From Macrostomum lignano (lineage: Eukaryota), in NCBI GenBank assembly GCA_002269645.1, contig NIVC01000056.1, positions 620,001-684,000 of the forward strand: a stretch of 64,000 nucleotides of DNA, written 5' to 3'. The notes below the pieces were generated by a model, which was given only the letters and a program-made list of their open reading frames with translations, was not told the origin of the DNA and did no database searches. Of this stretch, positions 1 to 28,504 are shown piece by piece (position 1 is the first letter of the stretch; every line of letters starts with the position of its first letter). The position numbers and the translations under genes are program-made.

Positions 1-408
1 CTGGTAGGGTGACAAACTGGTAGGGTGACAAAATGGTAGGGTGACAAACTGATAGGGTGACAAACTGGTAGGGTGACAAACTGGTAGGGTGACAATGACA
101 AACTGGTAGGGTGACAAAATGGTAGGGTGACAAGCTGGTAGGGTGACAAACTGGTAGGGTGACAAACTGGTAGGGTGACAAACTGGTAGGGTGACAAAAT
201 GGTAGGGTGACAATGACAAACTGGTAGGGTGACAAACTGGTAGGGTGACAAAATGGTAGGGTGACAAACTGGTAGGGTGACAAAATGGTTGGGTGACAAA
301 ATGGTAGGGTGACAAAATGGTAGGGTGACAAAATGGTTGGGTGACAAAATGGTAGGGTGACAATGACAAACTGGTAGGGTGACAAAATGGTTGGGTGACA
401 AACTGGTA
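1..408. repeat. Minisatellite, 16-17-bp unit CTGGTAGGGTGACAAA
   Basis: Direct tandem copies in a Notch intron. Confidence 0.95.
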
Positions 409-410
409 GA

Positions 411-590
411 GCCAAACCACATGGAAAGCCAAACCACATAGAAAGCCAAACCACACGGAAAGCCAAACCACATGGAAAGCCAAACCACATGGAAAGCCAA
501 ACCACATGGAAAGCCAAACCACATGGAAAGCCAAACCACACGGAAAGCCAAACCACATGGAAAGCCAAACCACATGGAAAGCTAAACCAC
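411..590. repeat. Minisatellite, 17-bp unit CCAAACCACATGGAAAG
   Basis: Direct tandem copies abutting the previous array. Confidence 0.95.
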
Positions 591-614
591 AGGTGTTAAA
601 CCAACATCCCTCAG

Positions 615-5500
<4,886 letters not shown>

Positions 5501-6753
5501 AAATTTCATCGGGGCAGCTTTCCTGTATTACGATTGTAAACTATACAAAAAAACTGTTTTTTTAATTAATGCATTGCTGAAAAACATTCTACATTGTAAT
5601 TAGTGCTTAGATTTGCATGGGTATGCGCCGGTCATTAAAAAACACCTGGCAGCAAAAGGGCGTGACGCTTGATTTGCCCCTGCTTTAGCACTAAATAGGC
5701 AACTTTCTTGCCTTTTAGACATTCGATGACGGGGATATGAAGTCTGAAATCATAAATCCTTTGAATGCTTCTTGAATAGAAGTCCGAGCATCTCTCTTAA
5801 TGCCAGCGAGTTTTAAATATTGTTTCTGCTCCCTGTCTCACCTGTGCCTCTCATCCTGAGCTTCAAGCACTCATGCGGTACATTTGACACCGAATCTGCA
5901 CCTATGCACGATCTGCAAGAGTGGCACCCTTCTGCTTCGTGCATGCGGTGCCCGATTGTACATTATCAAGTTACATGCTGGCCTAGTTGCGGATGCACGT
6001 CTCTCCTTGCAGAGCAAAAACTGTAGAAGCAGTTTTAAACAGCAGCTTCTTCACAATTGGTGATATTTGCAAACATATTTTATGTGGTTCGTAATACTGT
6101 ATTGTTTTTTGCTAGCGTTTTGCATTCGAGACCCACAGCTGAAATAGAATTTTCTGAACAATTTTTATGTTTATCTGAGTGATGTTGCGGTTGAGTCTGT
6201 ATGACTCTCGAGCAAGCTGTGTACAGTCCCCCCGATCCCCTGTGCATACCGCCGCTTCGCTTCCGTGCACATCAGTAATAAATCAAATAAAAGCTCGAAT
6301 TAAATTTCAATTAACACTTTTTGCTGTCTAAAAACACTTTAATAATTATTTTGTATATTTTTTGAAACCGAACAAGGCCAAAAGTTGAGTCATGCAAACT
6401 TGTTTCAAATTTTTGGTAAAGCGTCTTTAAGGAGCATGAAATAATCTTACGCAAGAGAAAAGAATGAAAGAATGTTATATATAAGCGCTTTTGCTTTGGA
6501 AATAAAAGTATTAAACCTTGAAAACAGTTTTACAAGAATAATTATAATTAACAATTTGGCATACGTGCTCTGAGCACCCGGTGCTGTATAGTGGCACCAG
6601 TTCAGATGAACAACAGTCGTTCAGTTTGACATGCAAAGTTTTCTGCGATAGTGACTTTTACTCTCAGTTACCATCTAGCCTTCGTTAAAGTCGGTGTCAA
6701 AAGAGAAATTTGTCTGCATTGTTTATGTCTGTCAGCTCGCGAGCCAGGCCTTA

Positions 6754-9536
6754 TTAATTTCCACGAAATATCAACTTCTTTGTCAGGAAATTGTCAAACA
6801 CCGGAGTCTCCACCAATGGAGATGGAGATCGCACCACCAATTCGCGCAGGTGCTGGGTGAACTCTGGCAGCTCTGGCGGCGGATAGTTAAAATGTTTTTG
6901 CAACTCCGCCGAGAAGGCCGAACCCTCGCAGTCACCGCCCTGATGGCTGTACAACATCAACGTGTCCCTGTGGACTCGCACGTCTCCATAGGCTGCCATC
7001 CCACCCGGAGACACGCCTTGATTCAGCAGCAGTTTTGGCAGTCCCTCGCGAGTTCGGGCAGGCCCAAGCAGCCCCAGCTTCTCGTCGAAGGACAGGCGAC
7101 CGAAGTCAAGCAGCGCAAGAGCCCAGGCACTGCTTTCAGTTTCAACGGCTATTCTTCTTTGCACATAGTCTCTGAACTTTGATGATACATTTGATCGGAG
7201 ATCCACAACGTAAAAGCCTTTGCTATCAAGAAAGTTTCGCAAATTCTGCTGAACTTTCTCCTTGGCCTCAATTCGATAGTGACACTGACCATCGACATCC
7301 ACCAAATTAAAGGCAGCCAGGAACGCTTGCCTATTGTCATCAATTTTGTAGACATCGGCGTCGTCTGGCGTGACAAGGTTTCTCACGTTTTGAAACTCAT
7401 TGGCGTCTCCGCCGCCTCCGCCTCCACCACCGCTGCCTCCGCCACCGCCTCCGCCGCCGCCTCCACCGCCGCCTCCGCCTCCTCCTCCTCCGCTACCTCC
7501 ACCGCCGCCGCTTCCGCCTCCGCCTCTACCTACGGCTCCTTCACGACTATCACTAACAGTATCGACCACCGACACCCTAGCCTGACATGTATCCTGCACG
7601 GCCACAACCCCAAACACCCCGTCTCCATGGTTACTCGGCGGTCGCCGTTTGTCAGCCTTGGCGCAAAACTGCTCTTTCGGCCGACCATTCCACCCGAAGT
7701 CCTGTCCTCCTGACTGCCCACTGTCGACTGATGCGTGCGCTTTCTGCTACTTCTCCTGTTCGAGCCGCTGTGGTTGCTGGCATCTTTTCCGCTCCCGCTT
7801 GAAGGCCCTCCAGCTCCGTCCCTGTCATTGGATTCGGCCGCCACAGAGCTTGACTGGCCGGCAGTGAGCTCAGTAATCCTGTAGGTTAGTTCGATCCGGA
7901 TGCTGAGTCATTAAAATTGCCGCACATTGAAATATACCTTAATGTAAATTCTAAGAAACCAAAACGGTACTTACGTCTTCCGTATGAATTTAGTCGCTTG
8001 TGGCCTCTCGTTGGCTTGGGCCCACTCTTCCGCAGTGAGTCCGTGCTCTCCCTTCGCCTCCCAGTTGGCCGGGTCCTTGATGTAGCGAGCCAGCGTCTCC
8101 AGACAGGCCACCTGATTTCGTCTGGCGGCCAGAATGATGGCGGTGTTGCCGCGGTTGTCCGTCAGCCTGTAGTTGGCCTTCTTCTTCAGGAGCAACTCAG
8201 CGATGGCTGCGTGACCTCTCTGGGCGGCGTACATGAGGGCAGTGAAGCCGGACCTGTCCTGCAATGCAAAACAAAGTGGAAGCGTTATGATTATTAGGGA
8301 ACTGTTTTTATTAGTTTCATTCGAATTTTTTATCTCACCTGGCAGTTGAACAGCACCATCTCGTTGCTGAGCAAGGTTTTCGCGATGGCCTCGCAGCCAG
8401 CCACGCTGGCAAGAATAAGCGCAGTTCGCTTGCTGTAGTCCACAAAATTGACCGCCTCTTTGCTGCGAGAGTTCAGCTGATAGATAGTTAGGAATTCCTG
8501 CGGGTTGCCTTTGGCAGCCGCTCGCAGCATCGCGTTCTGGCCGCTGATGTCCACGTCGCTGGCTAGGACATCCCCTGTAGTTGAGGATCTGTGCAGACTT
8601 TTAGTCTCTGGTAGGCCGGTTTTTCGATACTTTTCATCTGCGAAAAAATTCGAAAAATACGAATCGATTACAGATTTAAGTCGATCTGGAGACACAAACT
8701 ACCTGAACTCTGTTGCTTCACCTTTATTAAAAAAGTAATAGTAGACTATTAGTATACCTCTTGCTGTATTATAGTTGAAAAAATTGCTAGAAATTTAAAT
8801 CTGTTGTTACGTAGCAGAGTTAAGATTTACTGAACTGCTACAATTAACTTTCAGAGAGTTCATTTTATTTAATAATTTTCCCCTTTCATTTGCTAATGTT
8901 TAACCGTTTCGGGCTTGAGGAGCGTGAAAAAACTTTAGTTCCTAGTGCTGAAGGTCTTTCCACGGTAAATCCGTGGAAGAACCGGCCGGAATAGACTAGT
9001 TATTGCGTTGGCAATACCAGGAATTTGCCACGGAATTGCCGTGGAATTGCCGAGTTAGTTTTATTATTTTACTGTACAAGCATTACTGTACAACAACTAC
9101 TAGTTAGTCTAGTAGTCCTTGGTACACATAGAGAAAAATTCAAGCCCTTGCTTGTACAGTCAAATAATAAAACTAACTCGGCAATTCCACGGCAATTCCG
9201 TGGGAAACTCCTGGAATTGCCAGCGCAATAACTTAATCTATTCCAACCGGTTCTTCCACGGATTTACCGTGGAAAAACCTTCAGCACTAGGAACAAAAGT
9301 TTTTTTTCACGCTCCTCAAGCCCAAAGCGGTTGGGCATTGGAAAAAAGGGGAATATTTCATTATACTTCAGTTTGGATTTGTGAGATGGGAAACAACATA
9401 AGGTGCAGCGAGTTTTGCGCCACTGCACGAACGAGCCTACCAGAATGAATGAAAAACATTTTCAAATCTTACCTGTCGAATGGCTGTGGTTGACACTTTT
9501 ATGGAAACCATTGAGGCCACTGGTTGATTCGTTCAT
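6754..9536 (-). CDS. Ankyrin-repeat protein with poly-Gly linker and C-terminal inactive caspase-like (peptidase C14 fold) domain, ~590 aa
   Basis: Phase-consistent exons 9536-9473, 8685-8339, 8258-7975, 7878-7635, 7593(or 7581)-6754. About 4-5 ankyrin repeats (RTALILAS, GFTALMYAAQRGH, GNTAIILAARRNQ). The C-terminus aligns by eye with caspase-3 motifs in order: YKID, NLRNFL, LLDFG, GLPKLLLNQGV, DTLMLYS, EGSAF, LTKKLIF. Confidence 0.85.
8902..9332. mobile_element. Foldback / MITE-like element (~430 bp)
   Basis: Arms 8902-9081 and 9150-9332 are imperfect reverse complements around a ~70-bp spacer. Lies in intron 1 of the ankyrin-caspase gene. Confidence 0.75.
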
Positions 9537-10774
9537 TTTTCTCTATAACTTTTTCTACGGCTTCAGCTCGCTATGAATAGGAAAAACTACAGATTTCTCT
9601 GCGATTTTTTTAGATGAGTTGAATCAATAAATCGATTCGATTTCAAAAATATTGATTCAGTTTTCTCTAACTTTTTAGTTGAATTTATACAACACAACTG
9701 TCGCTTTAGTAATCTTAAAAGACTAATGGTAATATTAGCCCCATGTCTTCTGCTTTTTTTGTCGCTTTGGAGCAGAAACTAAACCGAGCTTACAGTGCAG
9801 AGCTGCCTCAACGCATACCTATACCTGTGTTAAAACTCTCCATTATATAAGCAAGTTGGTTTGCAGGCGGTGCTTTACAGTAAATGCACTGGCAACGGTG
9901 TGCAAATGGGTATGCACGGCTTCCACCGCTGTTTCCAACCCCCAGTTTTTCTACCCTTTTAGATACTAAAGTAGTAGGCTGCTCTCTGTTGCTACTACCA
10001 GCGTGCAAGTAAAGCTTTCGTAGTAACTGCGTCCTAAATAAATGGGGAAAACTGAAGGATTCATATACAATGGCTCCGATTCTGTTATGGAAAAAACATG
10101 TTTACAAGGTGACAAAAAGCCGCACAAAACCCATGGTTACTGTTAAAGTGACAGCTTGGAGAAAGACCTTAAGACAACTCGTTTTGAGTTGATGTACCTA
10201 ATTCTTGCATCCTGATTGAGCCAAGCTTCAAGGACGCAATAAGGGAGACCCATTGCGTGCACGCGTTTGCAGACCAGGTGGGAGGCGGCAGCAGCCTGGG
10301 GGGGGCAGCGATAGCACCTGCAGGTTAGCGATGAGGCAATCAGCCAGAGTGGCAGTTGCTGGGTCGGCCGGTGCAGCAGGGCCCGGAGCCTAGGGTCCGG
10401 AGGCAGTGGCACAGCAGCATCTGACGGCACCGGCACAGGGCGGAGCTCCAACGCGGGTCATCAGAGCGTTGGTCGGCAGGCACGCCGCGTAGCGCAGCAG
10501 CGATCAGTAGAGCGCGTCCTGGGCTCGCGCTCTGGCGTGTCTAAAATTGATGCATTTTCTAAACTCAAAATCACCCGGCTCGAATGTTTCTAATCAGACA
10601 GAGAAGACTGACAGATCAGCAAATGAGATTGAAGAAAAATTATCCAAACAAAACATCATCAGCTTATTAAAAGTAATTTTGAAGTCGACTCGATAATATA
10701 AAAAATCACTAGCGAGAGGCCACTGGTCCGTTCGGGATAGTTGCGGCTCTCGTGACCTTGGGGGGTTAGTCAGA

Positions 10775-11160
10775 CCGTGCGTACATTGCTGTTTGATTGG
10801 GGTAGGAGGGGTTGTGAGCATGTGTACATTGCTTTTTGACTGGGGTAGGAAGGGTTGTGAGCATGTGTACATTGCTGTTTGACTGGGGTAGGAAGGGTTG
10901 TGAGCATGTGTACATTACTGTTTGACTGGGGTAGGAGGGGTTGGGAACATGTGTACATTACTGTTTGACTGGGGTAGGAGGGGTTGGGAACATGTGTACA
11001 TTACTGTTTGACTGGGGTAGGAAGGGTTGTGAGCATGTGTACATTGCTATTTGACTGGGGTAGGAAGGCTTGTGAGCATGTGTACATTGCTGTTTGACTG
11101 GGGTAGGAAGGCTTGTGAGCATGTGTACATTGCTATTTGACTGGGGTAGGAAGGGTTGGG
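10775..11160. repeat. Minisatellite, 43-bp unit
   Basis: Tandem TGTGTACATTGCTGTTTGACTGGGGTAGGAAGGGTTGTGAGCA. Confidence 0.95.
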
Positions 11161-11336
11161 GAGAGTGCGCATATTTTTTACTGTCGAGAAATGGCCGATA
11201 ATTGTAAGTTAAAATTACAGTGATGAAGACATGATGCCAGCCATGCAATCACATTGAAAGCGATACGAGCATTAATATATAAGATTATGAACGACAATAA
11301 AATTATCACAGTTAACAAACCTACAAAATTTTAAAG

Positions 11337-22363
<11,027 letters not shown>

Positions 22364-22494
22364 TCGATCGTGATTTTGTTGAAACAACTGATTGATTGCC
22401 GATTGATTGGTCATTGTTGAGGGAATTTTTAATAGAGTCTTAATATAATAAGAAGCTTTAATACCCCTGGAAACCGGAAAATTCCAGTTTTTAG

Positions 22495-23180
22495 ACAGGG
22501 TACCTTCTGTCACCTGGATTACCTTCTGACATCTGAATTACCTTCCGACAATTGGATTACCTTCTGAAACCTGGATTACCTTCTGACAACTGGATTACAT
22601 TCTGATACCTGGATTACATTCTGATACCTGGATTATCTTCTGTCACCTGGATTATCTTCTGACACCTGGATTATCTTCTGTCACCTGGATTATCTTCTGT
22701 CACCTGGATTATCTTCTGACACCTGGATTATCTTCTGTGACCCGGATTATCTTCTGACACCTGGATTATCTTCTGACACCTGGATTATCTTCTGACAACT
22801 GGATTACCTTCTGACATCTGAATTACCTTCTGACACATGGATTACCTTTTGACAACTGGATTACCTTCTGACACCTGGATTACATTCTGACACCTGGATT
22901 ATATTCTGACACCTGGATTACCTTCTGACACAAGGATTATCTTCTGACACAAGGATTACCTTCTGACACCTGGATTACATTCCGACACCTGTATTACCTT
23001 CTGACACAAGGATTATCTTCTGACACAAGGATTACCTTCTGACCCTGGATTATCTTCTGTCACCTGGATTATCTTCTGTCACATGGATACCTTCTGACAC
23101 CTGGATTACGAGTACCTTCTGTCACCTGGATACCTTCTTCTTCTTCTTCTTCTTGATACCTTGATACCTTCTGACACCTC
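22495..23180. repeat. Minisatellite, 19-bp unit GGATTACCTTCTGACACCT
   Basis: Tandem copies downstream of the TRPA1-like gene. Confidence 0.93.
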
Positions 23181-23540
23181 AACATCTTCTGCATCGAGAC
23201 AGCCTATGTCGTGAAAAACTCGATGACATCTAGATAATCTGAAATTTTGTCAGGTTACCCCTGAGTACCTTCTGGATTACGTCTAGAATTCAATAGCTAG
23301 AGATGTTAAGATGTACAAACAATACATTTTCCTCATGTTACTAGATTTTGTCAACTGTTTATTTTTGCTAATCTTATTTTGTTTATCAAAACTCTGTCTC
23401 TAAGCTAATTAGCTAGATGTAGAACCTGTATTTCAGTAAGAAAACAAATAATCATAAAAATATTAATAATATCATATATTTTTGCCTGTCTGTGAGCAGC
23501 TGCTACTCTTGAGCTCTGGCTCAACGATGTCTAGTCTGGA

Positions 23541-24774
23541 ACTACTATGGACTGCAAAATCCGTTGATTTTGCGAAGGTCCGTCGGGCTGATGTCGGCCT
23601 CTAGCACCGCGGCAAGGTGCTCCCTCGGGGTGCACCACCTCCCCCGGGGTGTACCTCCAGCGGGGTGGGCGTCCAGCAGGTGTACCTCCAGCGGGGTGGG
23701 CCTCCAGCAGGTGTACATCCAGCAGGGTGGGCGTCCAGCGAGTGTACCTCCAGCGGGGTGGGCCTCCAGTGAGTGTACATCCAGCGGGGTGGGCGTCCAG
23801 CAGGTGTACCTCCAGCAAGGTGGGCCTCCAGCGAGTGTACATCCGGCGGGGGATTCCCGCCCCTCCCACCAATGTCGTGTGCACGCGGTTAGTGTTGGGG
23901 GAGCCCCGATGCTGACGCAGCCCTGTACAGTGAGCATGCAGGCCTCGGTGTAGCAAGAGGCAGGGACAGAGGGGTACACTGAGTGTTGCCATCCCCCTGT
24001 AGCTGGGGACAGATAACAGGCGGCCCCCTGCAGCAGTATGAGGTGGGGGAGGAGGCACGGAACAGAGAGAGACACGGGGTGCTGGGACAGAGAGTGTGTG
24101 AAGACAGTAAGGGATAGCCGCCCTGCATGTTGCGGCGTGGACAGAGAGGCAGTGAATCACACACCCCACGGAGGGACAGAGAGCTCCCTCCCCAGTTGCA
24201 GGGGACAGAGAGGCAGTGAATCACACCCCCACAGAGAGCTGCCCCAGGCTGGGGCGGTAGAGGACTTGAAAAGAAAAAACACGTAATTCAGTTGTTTCAG
24301 GTTCAGGCCATCCGGCAAACAGAGCAAAGCTCTCCAACAGTGTTTTATTTAGCATTCAAATTATGTAGGTGCATATTATCCAGAAAATAATTGGCAGAAG
24401 CTACCCAATAATAGCTAGATACAGATGAAAAATATGAAAGATAACTTCTGTAGTTTTTAAGGCCCGCCGGTCTCTGCGAGAAAATGGTGTTAAAAATCGC
24501 TGTTGCTGTATCAATTTAATAACCTGGGTGAAATGGGGCTTGTGTGCAAAGCATCCGATTGACAGAGGCTTGGGGGAAGAGTAATAGTCGATGAAAAGCT
24601 CTTGCCGTCATCTAAAATATCCATCAAAGAGTAATAAAGGTGACAGCCCCTGTCTCGAGCCAAATCAGAGAGACAGAGTTTTCCCGATATGTATGCCGCA
24701 GGCGCACCCTCCCGATATGTACACCCTCCCGATATGTATGCACACCCTCCAGAGCAGCAGGAGCCCATGCCGCA
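23541..24774 (+). repeat. Left TIR of the giant element
   Basis: Near-identical reverse complement of 40726-41960. Contains an internal ~30-33-bp tandem repeat (CCAGCAGGTGTACCTCCAGCGGGGTGGGC) at ~23640-23850. Confidence 0.92.
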
Positions 24775-27700
24775 GGCACCCCACTCTCCCAAGCCGCAGA
24801 CACCCCGAGTGTACACTCTCCCGAGCCAAAGGTACACTCTCCCCAGTACGGGTGTACACTCTCCCAATACAGGTGTACACTCTCCCAATACAGGTGTACA
24901 CTCTCCCAATACAGGTGTACACTCTCCCAATACAGGTGTACACTCTCCCGATATGTAGTCAACGATACGTACCCCGCAGGCCCCCTATACCTCACACCCT
25001 GCCCCCCACCTAGCCTCTTCCCCTCTCTCACCCGCATCTCAACTAGCGAAATCGAACTCAGGTCGCGCCCATACTAGGCCACTACACGGTTGGGTATAGG
25101 AAGTTTCAGCCCCGATGCTGACGCAGCCCTGTACAGTGAGCGTGTACGGGCAGAGGGTGGGTGGAAAGAGATGTGAACAACACAGCCTGCTGCAGGAGCC
25201 GGATAGAGAGGCGCATGCTAGGACAGAGAGGCAGTGTGAGTCACACACACCCCACAGAGAGAGTCGTACAGAGGATAGAGAGCTCCCTCCCCAGTTGCAG
25301 GGGACAGAGAGGCAAGCAGGGTATGCAGGGGCATGCGATCAGTCAAGGGGCCACGCGAGGATAGAGTGGAGGAGCAGAGATGTGTATGGACAGAGAGCAG
25401 GCCACGCGTGCGTAGTGTGAGGGAACAGAAACATATGGAGCAGGAGGGAGATAGGGAGCAAACGCTCTGGGTAAGGGAGCCACACAAGGGAGCCATGCAG
25501 CAGGGAGCAGTGTACAGTGAGACACGGGCAGGGGTGGAGCCGTGCGTGGACAGAGCTGAACGGCACGGTCAGCTGCAGGAATAGGATGATAGAGAGGCGC
25601 GGAGAGGAGGGGGGCAGAGAGCAGTGTGCAGGGGTAGGCAGCCACGCAGGCTGAGGAACAGAGAGGCGCGTGTCAGCCAGTTGCAGCCCGGGACAGAGAA
25701 GTGTGAAGGGGGCCTGGGACAGAGTTGCGAGCAAGGCACAGAGAGGTAGGGTCCAGTAGCTATGTATAGACAGGGACCCACGCGAGGGCAGGACTGGGGG
25801 TAGGCATGCAAGTTGCATGCAAGGGCAGAGAGGTGTGCGCGGAGGGAGACAGAGAGCAGTGTGTAGGGGTAGGTAACAGCAAACTTTAGTAGAGGCGCGT
25901 GCGGGGGCGGAGAAACCAGTCTGAGCGTACAGAGACGTTACAGAGAGGTACACAAACAGAGACCAAAGCGGGCAGAGCACATGTGTAGGGACAGGGACGT
26001 GAGGGAGAATCGACCAAAACACGCTATGTATTATCAAAAGTTGGTTTTAGTGCAACATATTTAATAGTGGGTAGTATAATAGTATGTACATAGTAGGTAT
26101 AATAGTAGTAATAATAGTAAGTATATTAGCCCAAAAGGTAGGCTAAAACAGGCTAAACTGTGTGTACGCATCCTCGTCATCCCACAAGCCCCCTCCCCCG
26201 CCAGACTCACTCTTCCAAACCCTCCTGTATTGCTGTATGAAGGAAAATATAATGTAAAAATACAGATGTTAACCGCTAGACCGCTGAAATCAGGGCACAC
26301 TAGAGGGGGTTTCGGGGGTCTGCATGCTCTATGTAAGCTGCTTGAGGAGGTTCCAGGGTGTAGGGAGGGTTTCCATTATGTTTTGAAAAAAGAACTAGGA
26401 GCTTAAATACAACGTTTTATTCAAAAGTAGGTTATTTTAATGAAATAGCTGACACAATCATTGTCGAGAGTAGAAATTTTTATAAGAAACCAGGTATTTT
26501 AGCTAAAATAAACCTTCAAACCCCATAAAATTGAATAAAAAGTAGACATTTTCAAGTAAGCAAACTACATAGAATCTACATAGAAAAGTAAGTAAACTAG
26601 GCACAAAACCAGCAAATTTTACCTTTTTTATTTTAATGTTACTGATAGAGTAGAGAGTAGAAACTTGTGAGCGGTACGGAGTTAGAAAGTACCAGTATTA
26701 GGCATTATGTATCGTATGAATTATTAGTTCAGTACCAGCCATTGGTCAAGCGAGCATTTATGAAGTTATTACGAGCGAAGAAGGGATAGAGAGGTATATA
26801 CAGGAAGACCATCGTCTCCTTCTAAACCACCACGAACAGTTTACTAAAAGAGATAAGCTTTGTCTGTGTGCAGTATGAGTAAGCGAAGGTGGGGCAAATA
26901 CTTTTCCACATGCCGGACAGACAGTATTATGCTAGGATTTCTCTCGAAATCTCGATACGTTAGTTTTTATCACACCATCCAGATGCGCCAACTAGTCAGC
27001 AGTAGTCATTTATATGTTATTAAACCTTACAAACCCAGGTCCGGTAAATATTACAAAGAGTATATTACGTACACACGCCAACCTCGAATACCAAACCATA
27101 CTAGTCTACTTGCAGTGCTCCCGGAGGGAAGGGATGGTCTGGAGTTACACACCAAGAATGCATTCATACAAAGAGTACACCACTCGAGCCCAGTCCAGGC
27201 GCCCCGACATGTATGACGCAGGCAACCCTCCCGACATGTATGCAGCAGGCACACCCTCCCGATATGTACACCGAAATGTATGCAGCAGACACCCCTCCCG
27301 ACATGTACACCCTACCATATGGCGCGCGAGCCACAGGTGCCAAGCGCGGTCCGGGCCCCCCGAAATGTATCCCGCAGGCGCCCCCCTCCCGAACTGAAGG
27401 TACACTCTCTCAATATGTGTGTACACTCCCCGATATGAGTGTACACTCTCCCAATATGAGTGTACACTCTCCCGATATGTATGTGTACACCGATATGTAA
27501 CCAACGATATTAACACAAAATTAGGCTAGTGAAAACTACTTATAGTAGGTGAAATTGCGTATATTTACATAAAAAGTAAGCAAAACGCATATTAAACATA
27601 TCAGTAGGTGTAAATATCGGTGCATAATGCATATTACGATGCATATAGGTGTACAGCCATAGAGAATTAAGTATATGGGCAGCAAAAAACACACAATATA

Positions 27701-28504
27701 GATGCATTTTATCGATATATTGACAGAAAAGTAGGTGAAATAGACAAAATCGTAATACAAAGCGGGTACATATCGCTTTATTAGTGGAGTAGGCGCTTGC
27801 AGATGCCTACTTTTATGGGGTTTGAAGGTTTATTTCCTGTATATAGGACCACATGTACGCAAATTTACGCAAATGTACACACACACACACACACACAAAC
27901 GTGCACGAGGCACTTATTGGCCAAGTGTGCAAAAGCTTGCACATATTGGGACTGCTCCGACACACGAAAAATCACACACACACACGTCCCCACACAGGCA
28001 ATTTTCAACCCAACAAATAGATTTTTATTGACAACATGCTTTTAGCTTACTGAAAACAGTTGGAAAGCATTTTTCGAGGTGTATTGAACTCACAACAGAC
28101 TGTACATGTATACTTGTCTAAAACAGAATTAAAAAACCCTTGCTGAATTCCACTTAAGGCAATAATATCAGCGCGTCAAATTTCACCGGATAATTTCAGC
28201 GATCATAGAATATAGAAGACAGGATGGTAAATGGCAAGGGACTTTAAGGTTATCGAAGACAAACGACATTGACACATATCAAAAAAATTTTACGATCTGA
28301 ATAAACAAAATTTGCTACATTTAGTGCCACTGGGAAAAAACAATTCTGTAGCGAAACTCCACTGTTCATAAAAATGAACTTTATTGATTATGACACAATC
28401 ACTAGAATTACTCAAAAGGTACATGTCAGCTATTCGGACCCACAGAATGCTACGTAAAAGGATGCGGAAATGAACAACACTATAGCAGAAGCCAGCACAC
28501 ACTA

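Noticed and set aside
6754-7350. TIR/SEFIR domain interpretation of the ankyrin gene's C-terminus
   Set aside because: Only one short segment (LRNFLDSKGFYV) resembles TIR, whereas seven caspase landmarks match in order and spacing.
7400-7585. Poly-Pro ORF on the + strand
   Set aside because: Antisense of the poly-Gly linker of the ankyrin-caspase gene.
7975-8685. Idea that these ankyrin exons are TRPA1's missing N-terminus flipped by an inversion
   Set aside because: There are only ~4-5 repeats, embedded in a self-contained gene with its own start exon, and no inversion breakpoints are visible.
10143-10540. GC-rich segment as a TRPA1 pre-S1 exon
   Set aside because: No frame resembles ankyrin or pre-S1 sequence, and I could not link it in phase to exon 11337. 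Left unassigned.
23531-25077. Overlapping ORFs in the TIRs as element genes
   Set aside because: Open in several frames on both strands over low-complexity tandem repeats, with no recognisable domain.
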